Source of the DNA: the human T2T-CHM13v2.0 reference genome, Homo sapiens
Strand: one strand, 5' to 3'
DNA: 64,000 bases
Assembly (NCBI RefSeq): GCF_009914755.1
Contig: NC_060931.1
In this document: positions 1 through 16,752 of the stretch, one piece after another
How the letters are laid out: every line of letters begins with the position of its first letter
Position numbering within the stretch: the stretch's first letter is position 1
Notes under the pieces: generated by a model
Database searches by the model: none
Seen by the model: only the letters and a program-made list of their open reading frames with translations
What the model was told of the DNA's origin: nothing
Position numbers and translations under genes: made by a program

Positions 1-227
1 CAGCTATGTTAAAAACAAATAATTTTTAAAAACATTTAAATTATTAGTTATTTATTTGTCCTGTCCTAAGACATACTGTTGAAGTGTATTATTAGGAATT
101 ATTCAGGGGCCTGATATCAATTAAGAGGGGCATAGTAGAACCCAGGCAGTCTTTCTTCCTTCCCCCAGGAGTGGAAGTTGTTTTAAAACAAAATTGCTTG
201 ACCCAGACATTAAAAAGAGAGCTTCCT

Positions 228-555
<328 letters not shown>

Positions 556-806
556 TTAGAATAAATTTACAAATATCTCATTTTTTTTTTCCTTGAGGCT
601 CTTGGTCCATATAGTAAATAAAATTTAGACAACTTTTTCCTGAGAAGATCCAAACTATTAGACAACAATTTATCAGACAATTGGGTCCCATAAAAGTACT
701 CTTTATTCATTCCATCTTCCTCACAGATTGTGCAGTGTCAAATTGATGGAAGGAGCTTCTTTTAAACTCATTTATATAAAAACATTTGCTTTTAAAAGGG
801 CCTCAA

Positions 807-1094
<288 letters not shown>

Positions 1095-1906
1095 GGACCT
1101 CCTGTCATTGTATTCCTGACTCCCATGCAGCTGTTTCTATGCAAGAGATAATATAATCTTTTTAGTTCAATTAACCTTTGATTTTAGTTATGTAACCTAG
1201 GATCTAGTGCTCACAATTATAGAATCATAATGTAGAAAAATGGGTCCTAAGTCCCTAATACATATCAAAAGATTTACAAAATTAGTTTTACTTAAAAGAT
1301 TTAGTCATTTTCAGAAGAATTTACCAGAGGAAATACTAATATTAGTGATTTATATCAAAGAGGTAAAACAAAAGCTGAAATGTTCTTTTCAAAGTAAGAA
1401 GAATTGGTCTTCTTTACAAGTGTTCTAAAAACATGATATAAGCCCTCAATTCGACAAAATAGATCAGAAAGATTCGTTGCTTTCTCCTGTACCTGTTGGA
1501 ATCTTTTTTATGTGTCCAATAGCTTTGTGATTTAGTGATTCATGCATTTGCTTTGTAATTCATTCACAACACATCTGCTCCAAGGTTTCATCCTGGAGTT
1601 TCAATAAGCATTGTCTCTCCAGGTGTCCCATAGCTCCTACTCATCTGCCTAGTATGCATTGATTAAAAGCTAAAAATGTGAACTTTTTTTTTTTGAATAG
1701 TGATATTGCAAAAACTATTGCATAGACTTTCATGTTGCTTATAATTATTTTTGGTACACAATTTATAAAGAATACATAGTTATGCCAATTTCTGGAAATA
1801 CATGCTTCCAGACCACATGAATAGCTTGAATTATTTAAAAGTAATATTTTCAGTTAACAAGGTGCTAAGATAACAAAAAATAAATTAAATGTTATAGCTA
1901 CCTTAA

Positions 1907-1962
1907 GGCTGGGCATGGTGGCTCATGCCTGTAATCCCAGCACTTTGGAAGGCCGAGGTGGG
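1907..1962 (+). mobile_element. Alu 5' fragment, 3' part missing
   Basis: GGCTGGGCATGGTGGCTCATGCCTGTAATCCCAGCACTTTGGAAGGCCGAGGTGGG, then an abrupt end. Confidence 0.9.
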
Positions 1963-2095
1963 TAGGTCATGAGTGGATGTGCAGCGGGTTGTGGATAGTG
2001 AGTGCATAGGTGGTGAGTTTGCATGGCAAACAGTGTCATCTCTGAGTGGGTTTGAGGTGGGATGTAGTTAGTGAGTAGGTAGGTAGGGAGTGAAT
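1963..2095. repeat. G/T-rich degenerate repeat block (left outer arm)
   Basis: gtgagt/ggtagg-rich; 2043-2080 matches the reverse complement of 9353-9390 at 32/38. Confidence 0.7.
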
Positions 2096-2099
2096 ACAA

Positions 2100-2775
2100 A
2101 CATTGGACCTAGTCCTGTAATTGGAGTTTTTCAGTTCATTGGACCTGACTGTACATGGGACTTGATCTGGGAACCATACTTGGGATGTGGCTCTTAGACC
2201 AGAACTTTCCATGTAGAGTTTGAACTAGTGCCCTAGATTTGGACTTTACTCCTGGGTGGAACTGGCTCTCTTACCTCAGACATGGACTTCAGCCTTGATG
2301 TTGGATCTCAGCCTAGACCAACTTTTCTCATAAATGTTGTACTGGAACCTCAGACCTTGACCTTCAAATGTGCTGGACTTAGACCTTGGTACCAGAACCA
2401 TGGGTGCAAACATCAACCCTGGACCTTTGACATACACCTTGTATTTGGATCTGTATCTTGCATCTGAACCTGGATCTGCAAAGTGGATCAAAACCTGGAT
2501 CTTGAAGCTGGATCTTGGACCTTGCTCCCATCTGGACATCAAATCTGACCTGAGGCATAGAAATTGGGCCTGGACCTTGACCTTAGAATTTGACTTCGGA
2601 CCTTGGAGCTGAACTTTGCCCTGGAAATAACATATCAGACCTCTATCATGATCTCCATTTCAGACCCTGGACTTGAACCTGGGCCTGAAATGGAAAGTGG
2701 ACCTTGAATCTGGATTTGTCCAGAATTTAGGACTTAAAATTAGTCCTAGATCTTGGACCCTGGTGCTGTGCCTTT
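2100..2775 (-). repeat. Degenerate hexamer array (TGGACC/TGGATC/TGAACC)n
   Basis: Recurring tggacc, ttgacc, tggatc units; frames translate as DL/WT/GP repeats. Confidence 0.85.
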
Positions 2776-2784
2776 GACTATAAT

Positions 2785-3188
2785 CAGGGGTTTGCACCCT
2801 ATCTGTGGTTTTCTTGTATGAGCACAGGATCAACTCCCCACAGAACAGATGTCAACACTGATGATGCAACAGGCTCACCAAAAGCGTACAAAAGTTTCTT
2901 ATTCACACAGTGAGGCTTTCTGGGAATGCAGGAAAGGCATCACAGATGGTCTCGAAGAAGCTGAGAGAGCAAGGAGGGGCAAGTAGCTTGCGGCTTTATT
3001 GTAGTTAGTGGGTGGGGCCAGGGCATGGACCAGGACTTGCATGGTCTGAATTTTCTGCCAATGCCAAGGGAGGAGCCCATGGGATTTCTAATCATCTCTC
3101 CAAACTATGAGGCAAGCGGGAAAGAGGGAGGGCTGGGCTTGAAAGTCACTCAGATATTAAAAGTGGCATAAGGCTCTTCATTGTAATT
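2785..3188 (-). mobile_element. ERVL-class LTR (3' LTR of the adjacent internal relic; LTR52-like by recall)
   Basis: Minus strand starts TACAATGAAGAGCCTTATGCCACTTTT...CTTTCAAGCCCAGCCCTCCCTCTT and contains AATAAA (plus TTTATT 2995-3000). It lies downstream of the minus-strand pol relic. Confidence 0.6.
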
Positions 3189-3199
3189 CATACCTGATG

Positions 3200-5850
3200 A
3201 ATGACTGATGGCTGAAATATGCCACATTTCACATAATTGAATTTAAACGTGTTTAAGTACGCCATTATGATGTTTTATGATGCCCTTAGTCGGAGTCTGG
3301 TAAGGGAGATAAAATTTCCATTGAACGCCATGTTCAAGAGCCCAACATTGTGTATTTTTAAAAGTGAACTGAGGATCTTGGCCATTATCAATAATACCTC
3401 AACTGTTGAGGGAAATAGAGAGTACCTGAATTGTAGATTAGTATTTACTGAGACATGCGTGACCTTGGTTTATATTGTTGATAGTTGTGAGACAAGAAGT
3501 TCTAAGAGTTGTTTACTCCCAAGGTTGTGTTCTTAGAAAAAAAAATTTTGTTGCCATTGGCTAAACTTGATGGCCAGATCATGGACAATGGCCAAGGATC
3601 TATAAGAATGTGCAGGTGGCTGGGCGCGGTGGCTCACGCCTGTAATCCCAGCACTTTGGGAGGCTGAGGTGGACGGATCACCTGAGGTCAGAAGTTCGAG
3701 ACTAACCTGACCAACATGGAGAAGCCCTATCTCTACTAAAAATACAAAATTAGCTGGGCATGGTGGTACATGCCTGTAATCCCAGCTACTCAGGAGGCTG
3801 AGGCAGGAGAATCACTTGAACCCGGGAGGTGGAGGTTGTGGTGAGCCAAGTTCACGCCATTGCACTCCAGCCTAGGCAACAAGAGCAAAACTCTGTCTCA
3901 ACAACAACAACAACAACAGAATGTGCGGGTAAGGGTGGCTGTTGGACAGAGCATCAGTGCTAAGATGCCAACCTGAAGTTCAGCCAATTGAACTGAACAT
4001 TCAGTCCCGGACTTTATCCAAGACACTGATTAAGGGATGGCCAGCAGCAACACTCAACAGGCTCTAGCATGTGTCATGTTGATGATGCTGTCCATAAAGT
4101 ATATTAGCTCCCTTTCTTATTTACTCAGGGGACCCCCAAGTGACCAATGAGTCCAAGAGAGGGATGATTTCCTCCAGGCCTATATGGTAAATGACTGAGG
4201 ACAAGGCGAAGCTGCTTTCTCCTGCAAAGTTGATATGCCAGATGTCACAGATCTTGCTTTATCCTATAAAATATCACTTTTATTTTAGCAAGGTTTCAGT
4301 GGCCATGCCAAGCCTGCAGGGTACTGCCTCCGTGATCCAAGGCATAGTGAGAAGCTCAGGGCCTGTGAGAGCCTTTGCCCAGAAAAACCCAATGTGCAGC
4401 CCAATACAGCTAATGGTGTAAAGCACGGGGCTCAGGAAGGCAGAAGCCCAGGAACAACTTAGGGCCATTCTGGCCAGACTCCAGGAGGCAGCAAAGGAGG
4501 CTGCACAAGCTCTACAATGAAGGAGTCTCTGGGGTCCACTGATTGGAGTGCCTGTTTTGTTGCCATTTGAACATGTACTAGAGCCTTTTGTTGTAGGAGG
4601 TCTCGTTCAAAGTGGGCCAATTAGCCAGTAACAGAATAAATGGTTTTAGGTAAAATGTAAATGAAACCCAAACCCAGAAATTCCTAAAAGATGCCAAACT
4701 GTTCTAACATTGTGGGGGCTGACAGTGTCAATTGTTGTTTCTTGACAGTTTCAAGGATGAAGTAGCCCTCAAATGATCAAATAAAGCCCAGACATTTTGC
4801 TAAGGCGGAAGGGTCTTGTACCATGTGTGGGACGGTAGTGCATTCTTTTCTGTGAGCTCTTTTATGAATATTTGTATGTCCTGAATAAGTGTGTCAGATG
4901 AATCTCTTTGGAGAAGAAAGTCACCAATGCAACATCACACCTATGCTCCTGGAGAAAGGTGGCTATAGCTAAGATCTTTCCTGCAAAGACAGGCTGTATG
5001 ATGGTTGCGACAAAGACTGCATGATGGTCAGGACAAAGACAGACTGTGTGATGGTTGGGCTGTTGAGGTACCTCATGGGCAGCTGGGTAACGGTGCATTG
5101 TGTCCCCTTGAAGTTGAAGGCCACCGAGAGGCTGTTGCAACAGATGCAGAACAGAACATACCAGCCAAAGTTACGATTGTATGCTATTTTCCAGTTGCTC
5201 ATTGGATGAAGTCAGTAATTTTAGTAACACTGAATATGGGGATTATAATGGGTAGAATCACGGCATTAAAGAATTCACTGTGAGACACCATTCATTTTTT
5301 TCAGGTTTAAGAATAGGCTAAATTGAACCAAAATAGGACTTTGATAGTCCTATTTATAGGACTTTGATCCTTGAAGGTCCTGATTTAATTTATTTGGAGC
5401 TGTGGTAACAATTATGATAGATGGGAACAAACCCATAGGGTCACATTCTATCATGCCAATTCTAAGTGCCAAAGACTGAATTTAATTCCAGTGTATTACT
5501 CATTGGGTCAGAGTGTCAATACCTGCTATGGGATATTTTAAGGCAATTGGCACAATGGTCATGGGGAATTTAGGCAAAGCAATAGTTCTGATTGCTTTAA
5601 GGTGTGGCATACCTATGTTTCTTTTATTTTATACTTGCAGTTCCTCTAAGAGTATAGAGGGTATCTTATTTAAACTTACTGAGGTCCTCAGGTATAGGAT
5701 AACTTATTTAAATTTAGTGGGATACCCAATTATAATAGTAATTTGACATCCAGTATAGATTAAGGCGATGAAGGTTTACCAGTTGCAGCACTTCAGCAGA
5801 GATTAATTTGGAACCTATACTGTAGAGGCACAAAATCCATTCAGTACCTC
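3200..5850 (-). mobile_element. Decayed ERVL (class III ERV) pro-pol internal sequence
   Basis: Minus-strand motifs in retroviral order: protease ALIYTGCQITIIIGYP (~5720-5765, DTG decayed to YTG); RT PILKPEKNEWCLTV, TLAGMFCS, AFNFKGTQCTVTQLPMRYLNSP, CCIGDFLL (HYIDDILL); RNase H YFMDS, SVQLAELQ; possible integrase fragment ~3400-3480. Many stops and frameshifts. Confidence 0.9.
3618..3917 (+). mobile_element. Alu (AluSp-like) inserted in the ERVL pol
   Basis: (CAA)n tail; TSD agaatgtgcRggt at 3605-3617 and 3918-3930. Confidence 0.95.
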
Positions 5851-5899
5851 TTTTATCTTTTTATTATATATTCTCAGTAAATTTCAGATCTGCAGTTGG

Positions 5900-9215
<3,316 letters not shown>

Positions 9216-9221
9216 AAGCCC

Positions 9222-9770
9222 CAGTCACCACCTACCCCCACCTCACATCCCATCACTACTGGCAACCTGCCCCGTACTCATTACTACTCTCTACCTTGGA
9301 CTCACTACCTAATGCATCCTTATACTCAGTCACTATTTACTCCTTTTCCCACACCTGCTTACTACCTACATCCCACCTTACACTCACTCATTACTTATCC
9401 TCACCCCATAACCACCAACTGATTTCCTCCTGGCCACAGCAACTCACTATGCCCCAGGCATACTCAATACCTCACTTCCCACCTCCTCATTATGTGCCCC
9501 TCACCCCATACCCAGTCATGAACTACCCACTTCCCCCTACCCACTCTGTTGACACTCTGCCTCATACACACTCAACACCTATGCCTCAACCCTCACCCAT
9601 TCACTACCTATACCCCTACCAACATCCACTCATTCCTTAGCCCCTCCACACTCAGGGTTTACATGCACATGCTCATAGTCACCACCTGATCCCATCCACA
9701 CTCATTCATCCCCCAACCCCACCTCACACCCATTCACACCTCATCCACCCACAACCAACTAGGACCTAGC
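9222..9770. repeat. C/A-rich degenerate repeat block (right outer arm)
   Basis: cactca/cctacc/cacctc-rich and nearly G-free. Confidence 0.8.
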
Positions 9771-9785
9771 CTCTGCTCCATACAT

Positions 9786-10188
9786 GATACAGTTTGGATG
9801 GTTTTTCTCCTCCAAATCATGTTGAAATGTGATCCCCAATATTGGAGGTGGGGCCTGGTAAGAGGTGTTTGGATCATGGGGGCAGATCTCTAATGGATAG
9901 CTTGGTGCCCACCCCATGGTAATCAGTGAGTTCTCACTCTATTCATTCATGCAAGAGCTGGTTGTTTAAAAGAGGCTGGCACTTCTCTTGCTCCCTCCTT
10001 TGCTATGTGACATGCCTGCTCCCCTTCACCTTCCTCTATGACTGAAAGTTTCCTGAGGCCTCACCAGACGCAGAGGCCAGAGTCATGCTTCCCGTATAGC
10101 CTACAGAATCATGAGCCACATAAACCTCTTTTCTTTATAAATTACTCAGCCTCAGGTATTTATAGCAATGCAAAATGAACTCATACAA
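9786..10188 (+). mobile_element. MST-type MaLR solo LTR
   Basis: TGATACAGTTTGGATG...CATGTTGAAATGTGATCCCCAATATTGGAGGTGGGGCC...AACTCATACA. Confidence 0.85.
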
Positions 10189-10649
10189 CACCACTTACTC
10201 CCTACGCCCCCACTGCACAGAAAGTGCAAATAGATTACAAAACACGATCATTATGAGATAAAACAGACTCAGTCTGGCATTGCCTAATTTGCCCATTCAT
10301 GCATTCACTTACTCATTTCATAAATATTTATTATTTACCTCATGTACTTATTAACTATCAGCTATTGTTTTAGAAATTGAGAGAATAGATAAGAGCTAAG
10401 CATAGCTCCAAACCTCCAGGATATTTTAGCCTATATAAGACATGTGTAAGTACGGAAAAGAACTAGGGCTGCCATGAAACACAGGGCACCCAACTGACAG
10501 GTGCGGCCGTGGGAAAGTGGGGCAAGTGAACTGAGCCCTGAAACACAAGTCAGCTCTAAGTGAAAAGAGCCGTGTGGGCAGAGCCACAGGGCAAGAGAGA
10601 ATGTGGTATCATCAGAGAATGGCACATGGGCCATAAATAACAGCAAGGT

Positions 10650-10900
10650 TACTGATGAATGCTTACTGAGAGCCACCATGCTACCAAGCATGATGCTGAA
10701 TGCTGTGCGTGAATGACCTCACGTACAATTCGCCCAGCTCCATAAGGCAGGGGCCATTTTATTCATTTTATAGCAAGGAAAAAGTGGTGGAGAGAGATTG
10801 GATAAGCAACTTCCCTAAGTCATGTGGCTTCTACGTGGTAGGACCGGAACTGGAATCTGTGGCTACTTGATGTCAGACTGGTTCTATACTGCCTCCTGGC
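10650..10900 (-). mobile_element. MIR remnant
   Basis: ccatttttattcattttatagcaagg...gataagcaacttccctaagtcatgtggct, a MIR core-like sequence. Confidence 0.55.
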
Positions 10901-11227
10901 ACTACCCAGAAGTAAGGGCTAGATCACGGTGCCCCATGGGGATGTACCAAGAAGCTGAAGCTCTCTTGAAGTCAATGAGAAGCCCTGAAGAATGTACAGA
11001 ATAGCATTTTTTAGGGGTTTTGTCCCTAACTATAAAAGTAATCTTAAGTCTTGTGATAAAAACAATACACTAAACCCCTCTCAAATTTGGGAAACACAGG
11101 AAAGAAAAATCAGAAACATGAAAATCAGTCAATGTGACAACACTGGGAGTTAAGTGCTGATAGCATGGTAGTCATTTCCTTCAGATCTTTTGTATCATTT
11201 ACCATTTGCTCATTAAAACATAATTCA

Positions 11228-12150
<923 letters not shown>

Positions 12151-12195
12151 TGTTCAGACACATGATGACGGAGACTGCTCCAGAGCGCTGTCCAC

Positions 12196-12196
<1 letters not shown>

Positions 12197-12229
<33 letters not shown>

Positions 12230-12272
12230 CGTGTGTGTGTGTGTGTTCGTGTGTGTGTGTGTGTGTGTGTTC
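12197..12272. repeat. Interrupted (TG)n microsatellite
   Basis: TG runs separated by TTCG. Confidence 0.97.
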
Positions 12273-12344
12273 GTTCACAAATTCAGATGCACAGCAAAAC
12301 ACCTCTCTGAAAACTCTTTAAATTTTTCAGTGATGTAGGGATTT

Positions 12345-12862
12345 CTCATCCTCAGCCTCCACTCTCCTTCTTACCCTGGTATCTACTTTTCTTCTCTTTC
12401 CCTCTCTGACTGCCTATCTTCCTCTCCCCAGCTTTCTCTCTGTGTGTCTGTCTCTCTGTCTTTCTGTCTCTCTCTTCTCCCTCTCTCTCCTTCTCTGTCT
12501 CTCTCTCCCCCTCCCTCTCACTCTCCCACTCTGTCTCTGTCTCTCTCTCCCTGCCACTCTCCCTCTTTCTCTCTTTCCTTCTCCCTTTCCCCTGTCTCTC
12601 CCTCTTTCTCTCTCTCCCTCTGGTTCTCTCTCTCTCACTTTCTCTTCCTTTCTCTCTCTGTCTCTCTCTCCCTCCTCTCCCTCTTTCTCTCTCTCCCACC
12701 CTCTTTCTATCTCCTTCTCTCTCTCTCTGTATCTGGGTCTGCCCAACTTTTTCTCCCCTCCCCTTTCTTTCTCTCTTTTTCTCTCTCTCTCTCCTTCTCC
12801 CGCTCTGTCTCTACCCTCCCCTTTCTCTCTCTTGACTGTGCACTTTCACTGCCTCTCTTCTT
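12345..12862. repeat. ~520 bp (CT)-rich polypyrimidine tract
   Basis: Almost purely C/T on the plus strand. Confidence 0.97.
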
Positions 12863-14952
12863 ATGTAAGGCATTTGTAAGGCCAGCTGACCTCTCTGGTT
12901 TCACACATCACTCTGCCCAGCACTTTGCACATTTACCCACCATCCTTTCTTATTTTGCATCTATTTCATTAGAAGGCAGGAGGTGAATTATAAATAAAAT
13001 ATTTATTTATTACCTTTTATACTTAGCTCACTATTCCATATTAAAATTAATTCATTCTATGATGTGAGTTAAGCATCTATCTTTTTAAACTCCAGATACC
13101 TGGCCGCTTTTTCCAAAGCCATGTGCTAGATGGGCTCTGCCCTCCTGTTGTGTTTGAGGCCCAGTACTCAAACACAACAGGGCCCTTTGGGGTCTGCTTC
13201 CTTAAAGTATTTTATTTATTGGTTCTGGCACTACCATCTTGCAGTGTTAATTTTTTAACATTGCTTGGCAAGTTTCATCTGTTTATTTTCCAAAGATCTT
13301 TAGAATTATTTAATGATAGTTTTATTTTAATGTTATAAAATTAGAAAATCCAAATTGCATTAAAACCAAATCTTTATAATATTTGATATTTTATGCCATA
13401 ATTTGCTTCCCTCAATTAATTCAAGTATTCTTTTATGTTTTAGTAATAATTTATTTTTTTCATACAGCTCTCCCACATTTCTTAGATCGTATAGGCTTTT
13501 GCTGCCAATGTTATTTTTCCAATACAGTTTATATATTGTTATTCCATTCATTAGCCACTTAACAAATATTTATTGGACACACACCAACTGTCAGACACTG
13601 TATGTAATAGGTGCCGATGACCAAGACAAATTTAGAATGATTAATATGAGGGAATTCAGATGTGCTTTGGTGTATGCAATGGAAGGACTCAGCCTCTATT
13701 TCAGAATGGCATTGCTTAATGAAATGATGCTTAATGACATTTTAAATGAGCCTCCAACTAAATGATCTCAAATTGGACCCCTTAGGTGGCATTTTGGAAA
13801 TTCATGTGGGCAATTTCAGTTGTCACGGTGAATGTGGGTACTCCCAACATTTTGTGCATGGCAGATATGACTGACATTTTGTATTCAAGGATGCCTCGTC
13901 ACTACAAAAAGTATGACCAAACCAAGTTGAAGGCAGTGAGAGGACTAGAGATAGAAATTGACAGGGATTTGGGGAATGAGCATAATGAATATCTAATATT
14001 AGAACTCAGGAAAAAGCTACAAAACTGTAAGTGTGCATCGCTGGCACAGGAAATGACAGGATGGTGAAATGAGACCCAAATACATAGTTGATTTTTGTAA
14101 ATTAGAAAGATCTCATTTTTAATCAGTAGAGGAAATATGAATTGGTAACTTGTACTAAGATAATCATCTAATGGTATGGAAAAAATAAAATTTGATTTTT
14201 TACCTTGTAACACACATCCAAATGGATCTAGATAAATCAGAAATTCAAATGGAGGAAAGATCACGTAAGGACAAGAATGCAGATACGTGTAACAAAATAT
14301 TTTTAATTCTTGAGGTAGAGAAGTTTTTAAAGCATATCATCAAAGAAACGAAACTCAAAGGAAAAGATTCGTAGCTTTGATGATTTTAAAACATGAATGT
14401 ATATATGTCAAAAAATACCATATTTTGACTGGATATAAGGATAACAATGATATGTGTTTATGTAGAAAACTCAATATTCTCACAGACATATAATTTCTGC
14501 AAATTATTTTCCTATTTTCCAATGGTTTAAAGAAATATATAGAGAACATACCAAACAAATATGAAAAAATGGTTAACAATTAGTGAAGACAGGTAGAGGA
14601 CATAGAAGTATTCACTGTATTAGTTAATTACTTCTGGATGTTTGAAAATATTCACAATGAGATTATGGGGAAACTGTTAACAAAATTAAAGGGGAAATGA
14701 TACACTGAAAAATGATATTTCCAATTTACTGTGCCAGAGAACCTAGAGAAATCTTGCCTGGGCCTGAAAAGACTTTGATCATTTTCCAAATTAAAAACTT
14801 TCTTCCTTTATCCAGAAAAAAGCAAATCCTGGAAAAATGACATTGGGGGTTGATTGTGCCACAGGCTTATGTATTAAGTTAAAACAGAAAGAATGAAAGT
14901 ATGAGATAAAAAATAATTATAGCTTGTTCTATATGATGAAAATGTCTTCATC

Positions 14953-15310
<358 letters not shown>

Positions 15311-16504
15311 TTAGAGTAGGAAAGAAGTTCAGCTCTCTGTACCCTGTATGAGAAAGAAAATGCCATAATTGGATGCCATTACTGTCAATCATCCTACATA
15401 TTATAGAGAAAGGCAGGTCACTTCATCTTGGGAAAAAGCAGCGACGGGATTGTGTCCACGAAAGTTTACCATTGACCCACCTCATGTTTGTCCCCACCTC
15501 TGAAAAGAGAAGTAGTTTCCAAGTTTGCATGGGTCGGAAATAGACCAAAGAAATACACCTTGCCAACAGAAAGCTATAAAGCCAGTACAGATTGCAGCCA
15601 ATCGTTAATGCTGTTTATCGAAAAAGTAAAGGACCATTAAAAAAAAAAAAAAAGTCACTCTCCGGAATCCTCTCTGCCTTTTACAGAAAAGCAGTGAATA
15701 AATTAAGAGTTCTGCAAGAAGAAGGCTCCTAATCTTTGGTTCATAATCCCTGAAATGAACACAGGACATGGAAACGTTAATTCTATTATGTAAAGAACTC
15801 TAACAAACTAAGTAAGAAAAATATTTTTTAAGAATAGCAGCATAGGCAAAAGCCACAATCATGAAATTCACAAAATAAGAAATACTAGTGTAGGTAAACA
15901 AATAAAAACAAGTTTAATCCTATTATTAATCAATGAAAAGCAAATTATAGCAACCAAGAAATATTTTTATTTATCAAAAAGCATACATTCTTTAAAGAAC
16001 CATAATATGCAGCAATAGACATCTATTATATACCACTCATATATGACAGTTATGGACATAAATTTGGAGAAAACCATTTGGAAAAATACATTTAGCAGGC
16101 AAAAATCATTGTTTGATGTGTGTATATCTGTGCATTTATGTGAAACAATAGCTAATTAGTGAAATAAATTACAGTGCATTCCTAAGATACAGTCAGTAAA
16201 AATGAAGTTGAATTAAAAGTAAACACATGTATACTCTAACCTAATTTTAAAGCAATTAGAAGTTCAGGTGTAGGCAAAGAAAAAATACTGGAAGTATTCA
16301 CACCAAGCTCAACTGTGTTTACCCTCTGGAGTGGAATCCTGAGAGATTTGTCATCCCTTTTTTGGGGGTGCTTACTTATTTCCTATGAGCATTTGTAATT
16401 ACTTTTAAAGTGTATTTTTAAAAGAATGTGAAACAGGTGTCCATATCCTAACTTATCAAAACTCAAGCTCTTAATACATGGTAAAATCAAAATTTCAACG
16501 TGAA

Positions 16505-16752
16505 TTTTTTTTTTTCTTTTGAGACGGAGTCTCCTTCTGTAGCGCAGGCTGGAGTGCAAGTGGCTCGATCTCAGCTCACTGCAACCTCCACCTCCCGGGT
16601 TCAAGCGATTCTCCTGCCTCAGCCTCCTGAGTAAGTGGGACTACCTGCCACCACACCTGGCTAATTTTTGTATTTTCAGTAGAGATGAGGCTTTACCACG
16701 TTGGCCAGGTTGGTTTCAAACTCCTGACCTCAAGTAATCCACCCACCTCCCT
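16505..16752 (-). mobile_element. Alu (AluS), 5'-truncated
   Basis: Poly-T followed by antisense Alu. Confidence 0.92.

Noticed and set aside
3200-5850. Domesticated or functional reverse transcriptase
   Set aside because: Catalytic motifs are destroyed (DTG to YTG, YIDD to CIGD), with many stops, frameshifts and an Alu insertion.
12352-12986. ER/RE-rich and SL-rich ORFs
   Set aside because: Translations of the (CT)n tract.
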